32,000 nucleotides of DNA from Erysipelothrix larvae (GCF_001545095.1 NZ_CP013213.1:570001-602000), one strand, 5' to 3'; positions 9,027-18,906 are shown, counted from the stretch's first letter. The notes: generated from the sequence alone by a model not told the origin. Numbers and translations: made by a program.

Positions 9027-9971
9027 ATGAATATGCAGGTATTATTGTATTATTTTTATACAGATATTGAAGACCCCCAAGCGTTTAAGGAAGCACATCT
9101 TACACTGTGTCACTCACTTGAGCTCAAAGGGCGTATTTTAGTGTCGAAAGAAGGGATTAATGGTACGGTTTCGGGAAGTGTTGAACATACAAACCGCTAT
9201 ATGGATATCATGAGACGTGATCCCTTGTTTCAAGGCATTGAGTTTAAAGTGGACTTAAGTGATGACCATGTTTTTGGGAAGCTGAAAATCAAGGTAAGGC
9301 CCGAGCTTGTGAACTTGAGTTTGGATGAAGATATTGATCCACGACGTGTTACAGGACGCTATGTGAATCCAAAAGATTTTTATACACAAATGCAACAAGC
9401 GGATACCATTGTCATTGATGCTCGTAATGATTATGAATATGATTTGGGTCATTTTAAAGGGGCAATTCGTCCTGATATTGAAGTCTTTAGAGACTTACCA
9501 CAGTGGATAGAAGATCATGAAACACTCCTACAAGGAAAGCGTATTCTTACGTATTGCACCGGAGGCGTACGATGTGAGAAATTTTCAGGGTGGCTTGTGA
9601 AAAAAGGATACGAGGATGTAGGTCAATTACAGGGTGGAATTGTGACTTATGGTAAAGATGACATGGTCCAAGGAAAAGACTGGGAAGGGGCATGTTATGT
9701 ATTCGACAAGCGTATCAGTGTTGGTGTCAATCGCGTAAATCCAAGTGTTGTCGGTCGTGATTATTTTAGTGGTGAACCATGTGAACGGTATATTAATTGT
9801 GCCAATCCAGAGTGTCATCGTCAGATGATTGTCAGTCAAGACAATGAAGTGAAGTACCTGGGCAGTTGTTGTGACGCATGTCGACTTCATCCAAACAACG
9901 AATATGTTAAAGCACATGGCTATACACAAGAAGACATAGAGAATATTAATCGACATCTAAAGATGGACTAG
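9027..9971 (+). CDS. trhO: Rhodanese-domain protein of the UPF0176 / TrhO (tRNA uridine-34 hydroxylase) family
   Basis: N-terminal LLYYFYT...[17 protein letters not shown], rhodanese active-site loop [10 protein letters not shown], and a Cys-rich C-terminal tail. Confidence 0.8.
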   Translation: MNMQVLLYYFYTDIEDPQAFKEAHLTLCHSLELKGRILVSKEGINGTVSGSVEHTNRYMDIMRRDPLFQGIEFKVDLSDDHVFGKLKIKVRPELVNLSLDEDIDPRRVTGRYVNPKDFYTQMQQADTIVIDARNDYEYDLGHFKGAIRPDIEVFRDLPQWIEDHETLLQGKRILTYCTGGVRCEKFSGWLVKKGYEDVGQLQGGIVTYGKDDMVQGKDWEGACYVFDKRISVGVNRVNPSVVGRDYFSGEPCERYINCANPECHRQMIVSQDNEVKYLGSCCDACRLHPNNEYVKAHGYTQEDIENINRHLKMD

Positions 9972-10067
9972 CTTCATCTTTTTTTTAAAACGTCATTGAC
10001 ATCGAAGGGGTGTAAAAATATATCGGTTGATGTATAATAAAGATTAGATTATAAAGAGGAGATAACA

Positions 10068-11087
10068 ATGAAAGTATTAGTTACAGGTGGTGCAGGCTTT
10101 ATTGGAAGTCATACCGTAGTATTAATGATGCAACAAGGCTATGAAGCTGTGATTGTAGATAATCTCTATAATGCAAGTGAAGTTGTGTTGGATCGTATTG
10201 AAGCCATAACAGGCAAAAAACCACGTTTCATTAAATGTGATATCTTAGATAAAGAAGCACTTCGCGGTGTGTTTGAACAAGAGTCATTTGATGCAGTGAT
10301 TCATTTTGCAGGACTCAAAGCAGTGGGTGAATCCAGTGTTAAACCGATTGAGTATTACCAAAACAACATTGCTGGAACTTTAAATGTATGCGAATTAATG
10401 CGTGATTATGGTGTGAAGAAGATTATCTTCAGTTCTTCCGCAACCGTGTATGGTAAACCAGAAAGCGTTCCAATTCCTGAGACCGCAAAAACCTCAACAA
10501 CCAACCCATATGGGACAACAAAACTGTATAATGAAGTCATCTTACAAGACATCCAAAAAGCGAACCCAGATTGGTCTGTTATTATCTTGCGTTACTTCAA
10601 TCCAATTGGTGCACATAAGAGTGGAACAATGGGTGAAGATCCAAAAGGTATTCCAAACAATCTTGTGCCTTATATTACACAAGTTGCGATTGGACGTCGT
10701 GAATTCTTGAGTGTGTATGGCGATGATTATGATACCCATGATGGTACGGGTGTGCGTGATTATATCCATGTACTTGATTTAGCACAAGGTCATATTGATG
10801 CACTCAAGTATACTACCGACCATGAAGGCTACTTTACCTTTAACTTAGGAACAGGTATCGGATATTCTGTGCTTGATGTTGTGAAAGCATTTGAAAAAGC
10901 AACTGGAAAAACCATCCCTTATAAAGTACAACCAAGACGCCCAGGTGACATTGATGAATGTTATGCCGATGCAACGCGTGCGAAAGAAGCTTTAGGATGG
11001 GTTGCACAATATGATATTGATACAATGTGTCAAGATTCATGGAACTGGCAAAAAAACAATCCATTTGGTTATGAACAATCAGAGTAA
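10068..11087 (+). CDS. galE: UDP-glucose 4-epimerase
   Basis: MKVLVTGGAGFIGSH Rossmann start, catalytic YGTTK (YxxxK), 339 aa. AGAGGAG Shine-Dalgarno site. An extended -10 TGTATAAT lies upstream. Confidence 0.9.
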   Translation: MKVLVTGGAGFIGSHTVVLMMQQGYEAVIVDNLYNASEVVLDRIEAITGKKPRFIKCDILDKEALRGVFEQESFDAVIHFAGLKAVGESSVKPIEYYQNNIAGTLNVCELMRDYGVKKIIFSSSATVYGKPESVPIPETAKTSTTNPYGTTKLYNEVILQDIQKANPDWSVIILRYFNPIGAHKSGTMGEDPKGIPNNLVPYITQVAIGRREFLSVYGDDYDTHDGTGVRDYIHVLDLAQGHIDALKYTTDHEGYFTFNLGTGIGYSVLDVVKAFEKATGKTIPYKVQPRRPGDIDECYADATRAKEALGWVAQYDIDTMCQDSWNWQKNNPFGYEQSE

Positions 11088-11104
11088 TTAAGAAGTGATG
11101 TAGA

Positions 11105-11134
11105 GGGAAAACACAATGCAGTGTTTTCCTTTTT
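11105..11134 (+). terminator. Rho-independent terminator of galE
   Basis: Stem gggaaaacac/gtgttttcc with loop aatgca, followed by TTTTT. Confidence 0.8.
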
Positions 11135-11158
11135 ATGTACCAACTACGGGCCAATAGA

Positions 11159-11198
11159 TGAGTATTATTTGCATTGCTTGAGTATTATTTGCATTGCT
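11159..11198. repeat. Perfect 20-bp tandem duplication (2 copies of tgagtattatttgcattgct)
   Basis: Read directly: 11159-11178 is identical to 11179-11198. It is intergenic, between the galE terminator and the DUF969 operon promoter region. Confidence 0.95.
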
Positions 11199-11308
11199 AT
11201 AGAAAGGTTTTCAATATTTTTTTTTGATTTTTCACAATTTTGTCACGATTGTTTGCTAAAATAGTGTGAATCACAGAAGATGTGACATAGATGAGAGGAA
11301 GTGATCTA

Positions 11309-11983
11309 ATGGAATGGATTCGATTAATCGGAGTTGTGATTATTGTTGTCGGATTCTTAATGAAACTAGATACATTGGCTGTAGTTATCTTAGCGGGGTT
11401 AATTACAGGGCTTGTATCGGGGATGGGGATAATTGAAATTTTGCACGTATTAGGAAGTGCTTTTATCACCAATCGATTTGCGTCGATTTTTATCATCAGT
11501 TTACCCGTGATTGCGATATTGGAACGCTATGGACTGAAAGTTCAAGCATCAAATCTGATTGCGAAAATTGGACATGCAACAGCAGGGAAAGTCTTATCCT
11601 TGTATATGGGGATTCGTACAATCGCTTCAGCACTATCAATTCGTATTGGGGGACATGTTCAGTTTATTCGTCCACTCATCTTACCGATGACTGAAGCAGC
11701 CGCTAAAAACGATTTAGGTCAAGATCTTGATGAGGCCCAAACAGAAAAAGTAAAAGCTTACGCAGCATCTGTTGAAAACTACGGGAACTTCTTTGGTCAA
11801 AATGTCTTTGCGGGAAGTACAGGTGTACTCTTAATTGTAGGAACCTTATCAACACAAGGTTACGCAATTACGCCAGCTCAAGTAGCGATTGCTTCAATTC
11901 CAATTGCAATTTGTGCTGTGGTTGTGTCCGTCATTCAATTTATGATCGCGGATAAGAAAATGAAACGAGGTACGAAGTCATGA
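11309..11983 (+). CDS. DUF969-family integral membrane protein (putative small subunit of a 5-oxoproline / pyroglutamate-related transporter)
   Basis: About 224 aa and hydrophobic. It is the first gene of a three-gene operon ending in pcp. I chose the start at ATG 11309, which has GAGAGGAAG 8 nt upstream. The family call rests on size, sequence character and the classic DUF969-DUF979-pcp context. Confidence 0.55.
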   Translation: MEWIRLIGVVIIVVGFLMKLDTLAVVILAGLITGLVSGMGIIEILHVLGSAFITNRFASIFIISLPVIAILERYGLKVQASNLIAKIGHATAGKVLSLYMGIRTIASALSIRIGGHVQFIRPLILPMTEAAAKNDLGQDLDEAQTEKVKAYAASVENYGNFFGQNVFAGSTGVLLIVGTLSTQGYAITPAQVAIASIPIAICAVVVSVIQFMIADKKMKRGTKS

Positions 11984-12978
11984 CCTATGAAGCAATTGTT
12001 GCCTTGTTTAATAATTGGCAAGAGATTATCTTTGCATTAACTGGGCTTGTATGTATTAGCGCTGCAGTGCGTGCACTAAAAACAAGTCCCAAACCGTATG
12101 GTACCTTTTCATTTTGGTTTATCATTGCACTCATCTTTATGTTTGGAGGGTTTGTGAATACCACAAGTATGACTGAAGCAGTGGTGGGTAAACCAATTCC
12201 AGCTTCATTTGTAGGATTCTTAATTTTGATTTTGGGTGTTTTATCTGCAACAGGTCAAGTTAAAGTTGGTACGGTTGAAACTGCACAAGATGCAGAAATT
12301 GCATCCAATGCAAACCGTGTGGGTTTGTGGGTCTTTGTACCAGCGCTTGTTCTCGCATTTTTCGCAGCAGGTCTTTCGATGTTGCAATTCAATTATGGCG
12401 ATAAAGTCGCGACCATACCCGGTGGATTATCCGTAGGGGTTGCATCACTGCTTGCACTCCTTGCGGCATTTATAATTTCACGTGCTAAGGTAAAAGAAAC
12501 GCAAACCGATACAGACCGACTCGTTATGCAAGTAGGATCAGCAAGCATCTTACCTCAGCTTTTATCCGCACTGGGTGCAGTTTTTACAGCAGCTGGAGTG
12601 GGTGATGTGATTTCTGCGATGTTTTCTGGGATTATTCCAGAGGGCAATGTCGTGATGGGTGTCATTATGTATGTCTTAGGGATGGTAATCTTTACCATGA
12701 TTATGGGAAATGCGTTTGCTGCTTTCCAAGTCATCACCATTGGTGTGGGGATTCCCTTTGTTATTGCAGCAGGTGGAAATCCAGCAGTTGTCGGTGCACT
12801 TGCACTGACAGGTGGATATTGTGGAACACTCCTAACGCCAATGGCCGCAAATTTCAATGCCTTACCCGTCTCCGTGTTGGATATGAAAGATAAATACGGA
12901 GTCATTAAAGCACAAGTACCATTTGCACTTGTGATGATTGTGATACACATTGTATTAATGTTGTTGTTAGCATTTTAA
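11980..12978 (+). CDS. DUF979-family integral membrane protein (putative large subunit of the same transporter)
   Basis: 332 aa, about 9-10 predicted helices. ATGA overlap with the upstream gene (11980-11983). It is followed 25 nt later by pcp. Confidence 0.55.
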   Translation: MTYEAIVALFNNWQEIIFALTGLVCISAAVRALKTSPKPYGTFSFWFIIALIFMFGGFVNTTSMTEAVVGKPIPASFVGFLILILGVLSATGQVKVGTVETAQDAEIASNANRVGLWVFVPALVLAFFAAGLSMLQFNYGDKVATIPGGLSVGVASLLALLAAFIISRAKVKETQTDTDRLVMQVGSASILPQLLSALGAVFTAAGVGDVISAMFSGIIPEGNVVMGVIMYVLGMVIFTMIMGNAFAAFQVITIGVGIPFVIAAGGNPAVVGALALTGGYCGTLLTPMAANFNALPVSVLDMKDKYGVIKAQVPFALVMIVIHIVLMLLLAF

Positions 12979-13003
12979 TCTTAACGATAAATTGGAGGAA
13001 CTT

Positions 13004-13651
13004 ATGAAAAAAATACTTGTAACTGGATTTGATCCATTTGGCAATGAGCCAATTAACCCAGCAATTGAAGCAGTAAAACTATTACCCAATGAAATTAAAG
13101 GTGTCGAAATTGTGAAACTTGAAATTCCAACGATACGCTATCAATCACTCGAACTCATTGATCAGACAATTCAAGCAGTTGACCCGGATGCAATTCTTTC
13201 AATTGGTCAAGCAGGTGGACGCTTTGATATGACGGTTGAACGTGTTGGGATAAACCAAGACGATTTTAGAATTCCGGATAATGGTGGCAATCAACCCATT
13301 GATGAGCCTGTTTATAAAGATGGCCAAGCAGCATATTTCTCAAATCTACCGATAAAAGCGATGGTTGAGTATATGAAAAAGGCTAACATTCCAGCATCCG
13401 TATCAAACACAGCAGGGACCTTTGCATGTAACCATGTTCTGTATGGAGTTCAATATCTTATTGATACGAAATATCCAGGGAAGAAATCGGGGTTTATGCA
13501 CATTCCATTTATGACCCAACAAGTTGTGGATAAGCCAAACATGCCATCTCTTGATATTGAAACGATGGCAAAAGGCATTGAAGCAGCACTTGAAGCAATC
13601 ATTGACTATCAAGCGGGTGATATTGTTAAGGGTGGCGGCGCAACGCACTAA
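13004..13651 (+). CDS. pcp: Pyroglutamyl-peptidase I (pyrrolidone-carboxylate peptidase)
   Basis: [21 protein letters not shown]-terminus, catalytic Cys context GTFACNH, and GFMHIPF His motif. GGAGG lies 5 nt upstream of ATG 13004. Confidence 0.9.
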   Translation: MKKILVTGFDPFGNEPINPAIEAVKLLPNEIKGVEIVKLEIPTIRYQSLELIDQTIQAVDPDAILSIGQAGGRFDMTVERVGINQDDFRIPDNGGNQPIDEPVYKDGQAAYFSNLPIKAMVEYMKKANIPASVSNTAGTFACNHVLYGVQYLIDTKYPGKKSGFMHIPFMTQQVVDKPNMPSLDIETMAKGIEAALEAIIDYQAGDIVKGGGATH

Positions 13652-13803
13652 CAGAAGTAATCTTCGCCGATCCATTCCATTATATTGAGTGGATGTTACG
13701 CATTTTGCGTAGGGGTTTGAAGTCATCAAAATATCAAATTTTTTAGGGCATATTTAACACTAAATTAGCCAAAGTGATATAATGAAGGTAGGAGGAAATA
13801 AGT

Positions 13804-14250
13804 ATGAATAATCTATATGAAGCATTGAATACATTTCTTGCAGATCAAACCGTATTGAGTATGAAAATACACAATGTACACTGGTACATGGTAGGTGAAG
13901 GATTCTTCCCTATGCACAAAGAAATGGATAAATTGTATGACCAAGCACAAGAAAATATTGATCTTGTTGCTGAACGTTTGTTGGTGTTAGGTGCAAAACC
14001 TTTAGGTAGTTTAAAAGAAATGCTTGCACGTACATCTGTTGAAGAATTATCAGACACACATGTAAATGTTGTTGAAGGGGTTCAATCACTCATTGCTGAT
14101 TTTGATCGCCTCTATAACTTGGCACTTCATATTGTGAAAGAAGCTGAAAATGTTGAAGATCCAGGTACTGCGGATCACTTCACAGCGATTTCTCAAGACC
14201 TTGGTAAGACTTTGTGGATGTTAAAAGCTTACACACATAACGCAAAATAA
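13804..14250 (+). CDS. dps: Dps-family DNA-binding ferritin-like protein
   Basis: 148 aa with the ferroxidase-site pattern HNVHWYMVGEGFFPMHKEMDKLYD. An extended -10 TGATATAAT lies upstream. AGGAGG Shine-Dalgarno site. Confidence 0.85.
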   Translation: MNNLYEALNTFLADQTVLSMKIHNVHWYMVGEGFFPMHKEMDKLYDQAQENIDLVAERLLVLGAKPLGSLKEMLARTSVEELSDTHVNVVEGVQSLIADFDRLYNLALHIVKEAENVEDPGTADHFTAISQDLGKTLWMLKAYTHNAK

Positions 14251-14258
14251 TGAAACAT

Positions 14259-14297
14259 AAAAATACCGCTTAGCACGATTAAGCGGTATTTTTTTTT
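14259..14297. terminator. Terminator after dps (usable from both sides)
   Basis: Stem aaataccgctta/taagcggtattt followed by a T9 run. Confidence 0.85.
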
Positions 14298-14373
14298 GCT
14301 TGACGAAATGATTGCTGTCATGAAGAAGAAAACGTCCAATGATCTGAAAAGAAACCCCATCAACTTATGTTTA

Positions 14374-15363
14374 TTAAAAGTGAACAATCGTGCGACCTGT
14401 GTGGGTGCCTTCTACGAGTTTACTGATGGGTGTGTCAATGTCTTCAAATGACTCTTCTTGGGATATAAGTGTATCCACTACACGCCATTCATGTGCTAAT
14501 TTATGCCATATGAGATCACGCATTGTGTCATCACAGTATACTGCATCGATGCCGGCTAAAGTAATGCCACGTAGAATGAGCGGGAAGACTGTGGTGTTTA
14601 ATTGCACACCTCCTACCTGACCGCACAAGGTCATGACCCCTTTATAATGTAGAAAGGGAATTAATGCAGACGCAATGTCACCCCCTACTGTATCCACAAT
14701 CCCATGGTAGGTTTGTTTCGCGAGGGGTTTTGTATTATTGTGAGTTATTTCTTCAAGCGTATAAACTTGTGAGGCACCCAAGCTTAAAAGACGCGATGCT
14801 TCAGTGTCTTTCTTTCGTGTGAGGGCATGAACATTAAATCCAAGCTTGGATAGAATCGATAGTGCAATCGAGCCAACTCCACCAGTAGCGCCCGTGACTA
14901 AAATCGGATTTGAGTGATCTGGGGTAATGCCATGATCTAAAAGGGCTTGAACGGATAAACCTGCAGTGAGTCCTGCAGTACCATACTTCATGATATCTTT
15001 GAGCGAAAGGGGTGCGGGGATGTGTTTAACCCAAGTGCTTGGGATGCGTATATATTCGCTGAATGCACCAGTGTGGGACACACCAAATTCATAACCAATC
15101 ACAAAGACTGGATCACCGGGGTTAAACATGTCAGAGGTACTTTCTACCACAATCCCACTGGCATCAATGCCTGGAATCATCGGGTAGTTTCGAATCACCC
15201 CACCCTTTGGATTGACTGCCAACGTATCTTTATAATTAATGGAAGAATAGGCAGTTTTGATGATCACATTGCCTGGACTGAGATCCTCCAAAGAAACGGT
15301 TTGTATTGATCGTGTGAAGGAGTCGTCGTGTTTGTTGACGACATATGCTTTAAATGGTTTCAT
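14374..15363 (-). CDS. YhdH/YhfP-type NADPH:quinone oxidoreductase (MDR family, AcuI-like)
   Basis: SSINYKD, PGIDASGIVV, LVTGATGGVGS cofactor loop, 329 aa. AAGGAGG Shine-Dalgarno site. Confidence 0.8.
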   Translation of the reverse strand: MKPFKAYVVNKHDDSFTRSIQTVSLEDLSPGNVIIKTAYSSINYKDTLAVNPKGGVIRNYPMIPGIDASGIVVESTSDMFNPGDPVFVIGYEFGVSHTGAFSEYIRIPSTWVKHIPAPLSLKDIMKYGTAGLTAGLSVQALLDHGITPDHSNPILVTGATGGVGSIALSILSKLGFNVHALTRKKDTEASRLLSLGASQVYTLEEITHNNTKPLAKQTYHGIVDTVGGDIASALIPFLHYKGVMTLCGQVGGVQLNTTVFPLILRGITLAGIDAVYCDDTMRDLIWHKLAHEWRVVDTLISQEESFEDIDTPISKLVEGTHTGRTIVHF

Positions 15364-15453
15364 AAGTGCCTCCTTATAGGTCTTGTTAATCGTATCATAA
15401 TTTCATGAAATTAGGGTGAAGTTATGGCATAATAAAGGAAGGAGGATTTGCTT

Positions 15454-15990
15454 ATGGAACTTAATGATAGCTTATTATTAGTGGTTGATTATCAAGAACG
15501 CTTAATGCCTGTGATTCACGATCACGCGCAGGTACTAAACCGTGCCATTCGCATGGTGGATGCTTTTAACATCTTTGAAGCACCGGTTTTAGTAACTGAA
15601 CAATATCCAAAAGGCTTGGGGTCGACGGTTCAAGAACTCAGCGATCACTTCACAAAAGACACTAAAATTATTGAAAAGACACGCTTTAGTGCATTGTGTG
15701 ATGAACTGATGGTGGATGATGCATTTTTGAGTCGTAATCATGTTGTTCTCATTGGAGTTGAAACCCACGTTTGTGTGTATCAAACAGTCCAAGACTTGAT
15801 CAAAGAAGGGTATCAAGTAAGTGTGGTTTATGATGCAGTTTCATCGCGTTTTGAAATGGATCGTGCCTGTGGATTTGAGGCAATTAAAGCGTTGGGAGCT
15901 CGCGTTGTGACCAGCGAGATGATCATTTATGAATTGATGGGTGATGCAACACACCCTAAGTTTAAAGACATTTTAAAGATTGTGAAATAA
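15454..15990 (+). CDS. Isochorismatase-family hydrolase
   Basis: LLLVVDYQERL N-terminal motif and VLIGVETHVCVYQT catalytic-Cys motif. I chose ATG 15454, which has GGAAGGAGG upstream, rather than TTG 15448. Confidence 0.8.
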   Translation: MELNDSLLLVVDYQERLMPVIHDHAQVLNRAIRMVDAFNIFEAPVLVTEQYPKGLGSTVQELSDHFTKDTKIIEKTRFSALCDELMVDDAFLSRNHVVLIGVETHVCVYQTVQDLIKEGYQVSVVYDAVSSRFEMDRACGFEAIKALGARVVTSEMIIYELMGDATHPKFKDILKIVK

Positions 15991-16185
15991 GTATAATAAT
16001 GAACAAAAATAGAATATGACATGTCATGGTATTAACTTTACCTCATTTTCGTTTGTATGATACAATGCATGTGTTTGAAATGACAAATAAGTGGTTACAG
16101 TGTAAAATTTATATACATTCTAGGGGAAGAAAGAATCATCAGATGCTTACTTGACCGGTTATTTCAATGAAGGAGTTGAAAGAAT

Positions 16186-16803
16186 ATGACAAAAACACGT
16201 CGCTATGTATATGTTACGTTTTTAATGACATTGATTTTGTTTATGACGTTTACATCGTATGGTTACTTTAATCTAACCCCGTTTATCCGCGTTACGCTGA
16301 TTCAAATACCTGTAATCATCGGGTCATTATGGTTTGGATGGCGCACGGGTGCTTTATTGGGATTTGCATTTGGAATGTCCAGTTTGATTTATAATACGAT
16401 AAATCCTGTGGTGACATCCTTTGTATTCTCCCCGTTTTATCCAGTAATCGGAACTGATCAAGGATCACCCCTTGCCCTTATCATTGCCTTTGTACCCCGT
16501 ATTCTTGTCGGAATTGTACCGTGGTTTGTGTATCAAGGGCTAAAGAAAATTGAACGCCTCCCTAAAATTCCGCGTATTGCGATATCTGCACTTATGGGAT
16601 CTTTAACCAATACTTTGTTGGTGTTAGGATTGATTTATGTATTGTTTGGGACTGCATATGCCCAAGCGCGCAGTGTTGCAGTTGAATCCTTAGCAGGCAT
16701 TCTTCTCACCACAATCTCTGTCAATGGTGTGGTGGAAGCAATCTGTTCATCCGTCATTGTGACGGCACTGTTCACACGCATCAAAGTAAATCATCAAGAT
16801 TAA
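16186..16803 (+). CDS. ECF-transporter S component (substrate-capture subunit, substrate not assignable; PanT-like in appearance)
   Basis: 205 aa with six hydrophobic helices, an N-terminal TKTRRYVYV segment, and the IQIPVIIGSLWFGWRTGALLGFAFG motif typical of ECF S components. AAGGAG Shine-Dalgarno site. Confidence 0.55.
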   Translation: MTKTRRYVYVTFLMTLILFMTFTSYGYFNLTPFIRVTLIQIPVIIGSLWFGWRTGALLGFAFGMSSLIYNTINPVVTSFVFSPFYPVIGTDQGSPLALIIAFVPRILVGIVPWFVYQGLKKIERLPKIPRIAISALMGSLTNTLLVLGLIYVLFGTAYAQARSVAVESLAGILLTTISVNGVVEAICSSVIVTALFTRIKVNHQD

Positions 16804-16816
16804 TTCAAATCGAACC

Positions 16817-16848
16817 AGTTAGTGAATCTCAAGTTTACTAACTTTTTT
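16817..16848 (+). terminator. Rho-independent terminator of the S-component gene
   Basis: 8-bp stem agttagtg/tactaact, 11-nt loop, T6 run. Confidence 0.6.
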
Positions 16849-16969
16849 ATTGGAAGCGTTGATTTTAGTCTTTGTTTAATCGTGGGTTATTTTGTGAAAA
16901 ATGTTAAGGATATGAATTCTTTGGATAGATGTGATATAATCGTACTCCGTGCTTGTGGGAGGAATAACA

Positions 16970-17617
16970 ATGAAAAAACGACTCAATGAAATGGGTGTGC
17001 TGCTATGCACCTTAACGTTAGCAGGATTTGCAGGGGGCTTATTAATTAATGTGGGAATTGGTTCAGACACTGTAACTGTGTTTTTGGACGGGCTATCTCG
17101 TGCACTGAACATCAGTGTAGGCTATGCATCCTTATTATTTAACATCACCATTGTAACCTTAGGGTTTCTCTTGGCGAAAAAAGATATGGGATGGATGAGT
17201 GTTGCTTTTTCATTAGGTGTTGGGTTCTTTCTAGATTTCTTTATTGTTCAACTTGGACGTTTCAACCTGGATACATTAAACTATATGGTTCGAATTCTAC
17301 TTGTATGCGTAGCACAACTATCATTTGCACTTGCATATGCGTTTTTAATTCATTTTAAATCCGGTATGAATCCCATAGACTCAATTGCATACAAACTTGC
17401 AGCTACATTTAAATGTTCTTTTAAAGTGGCGCGCACTGGAATTGATGTGTTTTTGATCACATCAGGTTATCTTATGGGCGGGGTTATTGGAGTTGGATCA
17501 CTGATTGCGGTGTTGACCACAGGGATTCTCGTATCAACGGTATTAGATCTTTTAAGTCAAACAAATAAAGAGATTTCTAAAACATCCATGAAATTTTCGC
17601 AACAATCATCAAATTAA
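16970..17617 (+). CDS. YczE/YitT-like integral membrane protein of unknown function
   Basis: 215 aa and hydrophobic, with the GLLINVGIGSDTVTVFLDGLS motif. I chose ATG 16970, which has GGGAGG 7 nt upstream. An extended -10 TGTGATATAAT sits at 16931-16940. Confidence 0.45.
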   Translation: MKKRLNEMGVLLCTLTLAGFAGGLLINVGIGSDTVTVFLDGLSRALNISVGYASLLFNITIVTLGFLLAKKDMGWMSVAFSLGVGFFLDFFIVQLGRFNLDTLNYMVRILLVCVAQLSFALAYAFLIHFKSGMNPIDSIAYKLAATFKCSFKVARTGIDVFLITSGYLMGGVIGVGSLIAVLTTGILVSTVLDLLSQTNKEISKTSMKFSQQSSN

Positions 17618-17671
17618 ATATAAATATTTTAGGGATTTTAACTATTTTTTCATTTCTATGAAGAGAATATG

Positions 17672-17685
17672 TGAAAACGTCTTCA
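17672..17685 (+). promoter_or_regulatory. Candidate CcpA cre box upstream of the BMP/nucleoside ABC operon promoter
   Basis: TGAAAACGTCTTCA matches the core TGNAANCG...C(A/T) of the Bacillus cre consensus, with about 2 deviations at outer positions. A TTGCAT(17711)-18-TAAACT(17735) promoter with a TG extension lies just downstream. Confidence 0.25.
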
Positions 17686-17775
17686 ATCCTCGCATGTTAA
17701 GTAAGAAGGGTTGCATTGTAGATAACTTTTTTGATAAACTATAGATGCAACAAATGGAGATTGCGGAGGAAAGAA

Positions 17776-18885
17776 ATGAAAAAACTATTAGGTAAATTAG
17801 TAGTTCTATTTGCAGTGTTTGCACTTACTGCTTGTGGTTCAAGTGGAACACCTTCTGATGGTGAAGATGGTAAGTGGGATAATAACTCACTTTATTTGAT
17901 TACTGACGTTGGAACAATTGATGACAAATCATTTAACCAAGGGTCATTTGAAGGTATGGAAAAATTTGCGGATGAAATTGGTGTTAAAGCAAATTATATC
18001 AAACCTGCTGATGAAACAGAACAAGCTTACTTATCAGCAATTAGCGATGCTGTAAATGCAGGTGCTAAAGTTGTTGTTACACCAGGATATATGTTTGAAA
18101 CAGCAATTTATCAAGCACAAGAATTATACCCAGAAGTTAACTTTATCTTAGTTGATGGTGAACCACGTTCAGGCGATGGCGAACCTGCTTCATACAAAGA
18201 TAATACAGTTGGAATTTTATTTGCTGAAGAACAATCAGGATTCCTAGCTGGATATGCTGCTGTAAAAGATGGACTTACAAGCCTAGGATTCATGGGTGGA
18301 TACGCAGTGCCTGCGGTTGTTCGTTTTGGTTACGGTTATGTTGCGGGAGCTGATGCTGCTGCACGTGAACTTGGAATCCAAATTACAGTTCGTTACACAT
18401 ACTTAAACTCATTTGGAGCAGATCCTGCTCACCAAACACAAGCTGCTGCTTGGTATAATGATGGTGTTGAAGTAATCTTTGCTGCTGCTGGTGGTGCTGG
18501 TAACTCAGTGATGGCTGCTGCTGGTTCTGCAGGTGATGGCAAATGGGTAATTGGTGTTGACGTTGACCAAATGAGCGAATCAACATCTGTATTAACTTCA
18601 GCAATGAAAAACCTACAACTTTCTGTATATACTCAAGTTAAATCAGTATATGAAGACAAGTTTGAAGGTGGTAAGACACACTTACTCACAATTGAAGAAG
18701 ATATGGTTCAAATCTCAGATGACTTCTCACGTTTCACAACATTCACAGAAGATGATTACAAAGAAATCGTTGAGGCTCTTAAAGCTGATAAAGACGGAAT
18801 CCGCACAAGCATTCCTAATACTGAATCAGCAGATTCTGCAGACAAACTTGAATTGACAAATACAACTGTTACTGTTATTGAATAA
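17776..18885 (+). CDS. BMP-family (PnrA/Med-like) ABC transporter substrate-binding lipoprotein, probably nucleoside-binding
   Basis: Lipobox LTAC after MKKLLGKLVVLFAVFA. DDKSFNQGSFEGM motif typical of the Bmp family. I chose ATG 17776, which has GGAGGAAAG upstream. Confidence 0.8.
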   Translation: MKKLLGKLVVLFAVFALTACGSSGTPSDGEDGKWDNNSLYLITDVGTIDDKSFNQGSFEGMEKFADEIGVKANYIKPADETEQAYLSAISDAVNAGAKVVVTPGYMFETAIYQAQELYPEVNFILVDGEPRSGDGEPASYKDNTVGILFAEEQSGFLAGYAAVKDGLTSLGFMGGYAVPAVVRFGYGYVAGADAAARELGIQITVRYTYLNSFGADPAHQTQAAAWYNDGVEVIFAAAGGAGNSVMAAAGSAGDGKWVIGVDVDQMSESTSVLTSAMKNLQLSVYTQVKSVYEDKFEGGKTHLLTIEEDMVQISDDFSRFTTFTEDDYKEIVEALKADKDGIRTSIPNTESADSADKLELTNTTVTVIE

Positions 18886-18906
18886 CATAAACCATTAAGT
18901 CAATTT

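Noticed and set aside
6782-11087. galM and galE as a Leloir galactose operon.
   Set aside because: The two genes are separated by alr (opposite strand) and trhO, and each has its own promoter and terminator. No galK or galT is present, so they are independent housekeeping genes rather than a gal cluster.
16016-16027. A 12-bp perfect palindrome, atgacatgtcat, downstream of the isochorismatase gene.
   Set aside because: It is short and AT-rich, has no loop so cannot form a terminator hairpin, and has no second copy in the window. That is insufficient evidence for an operator, so it is noted only.
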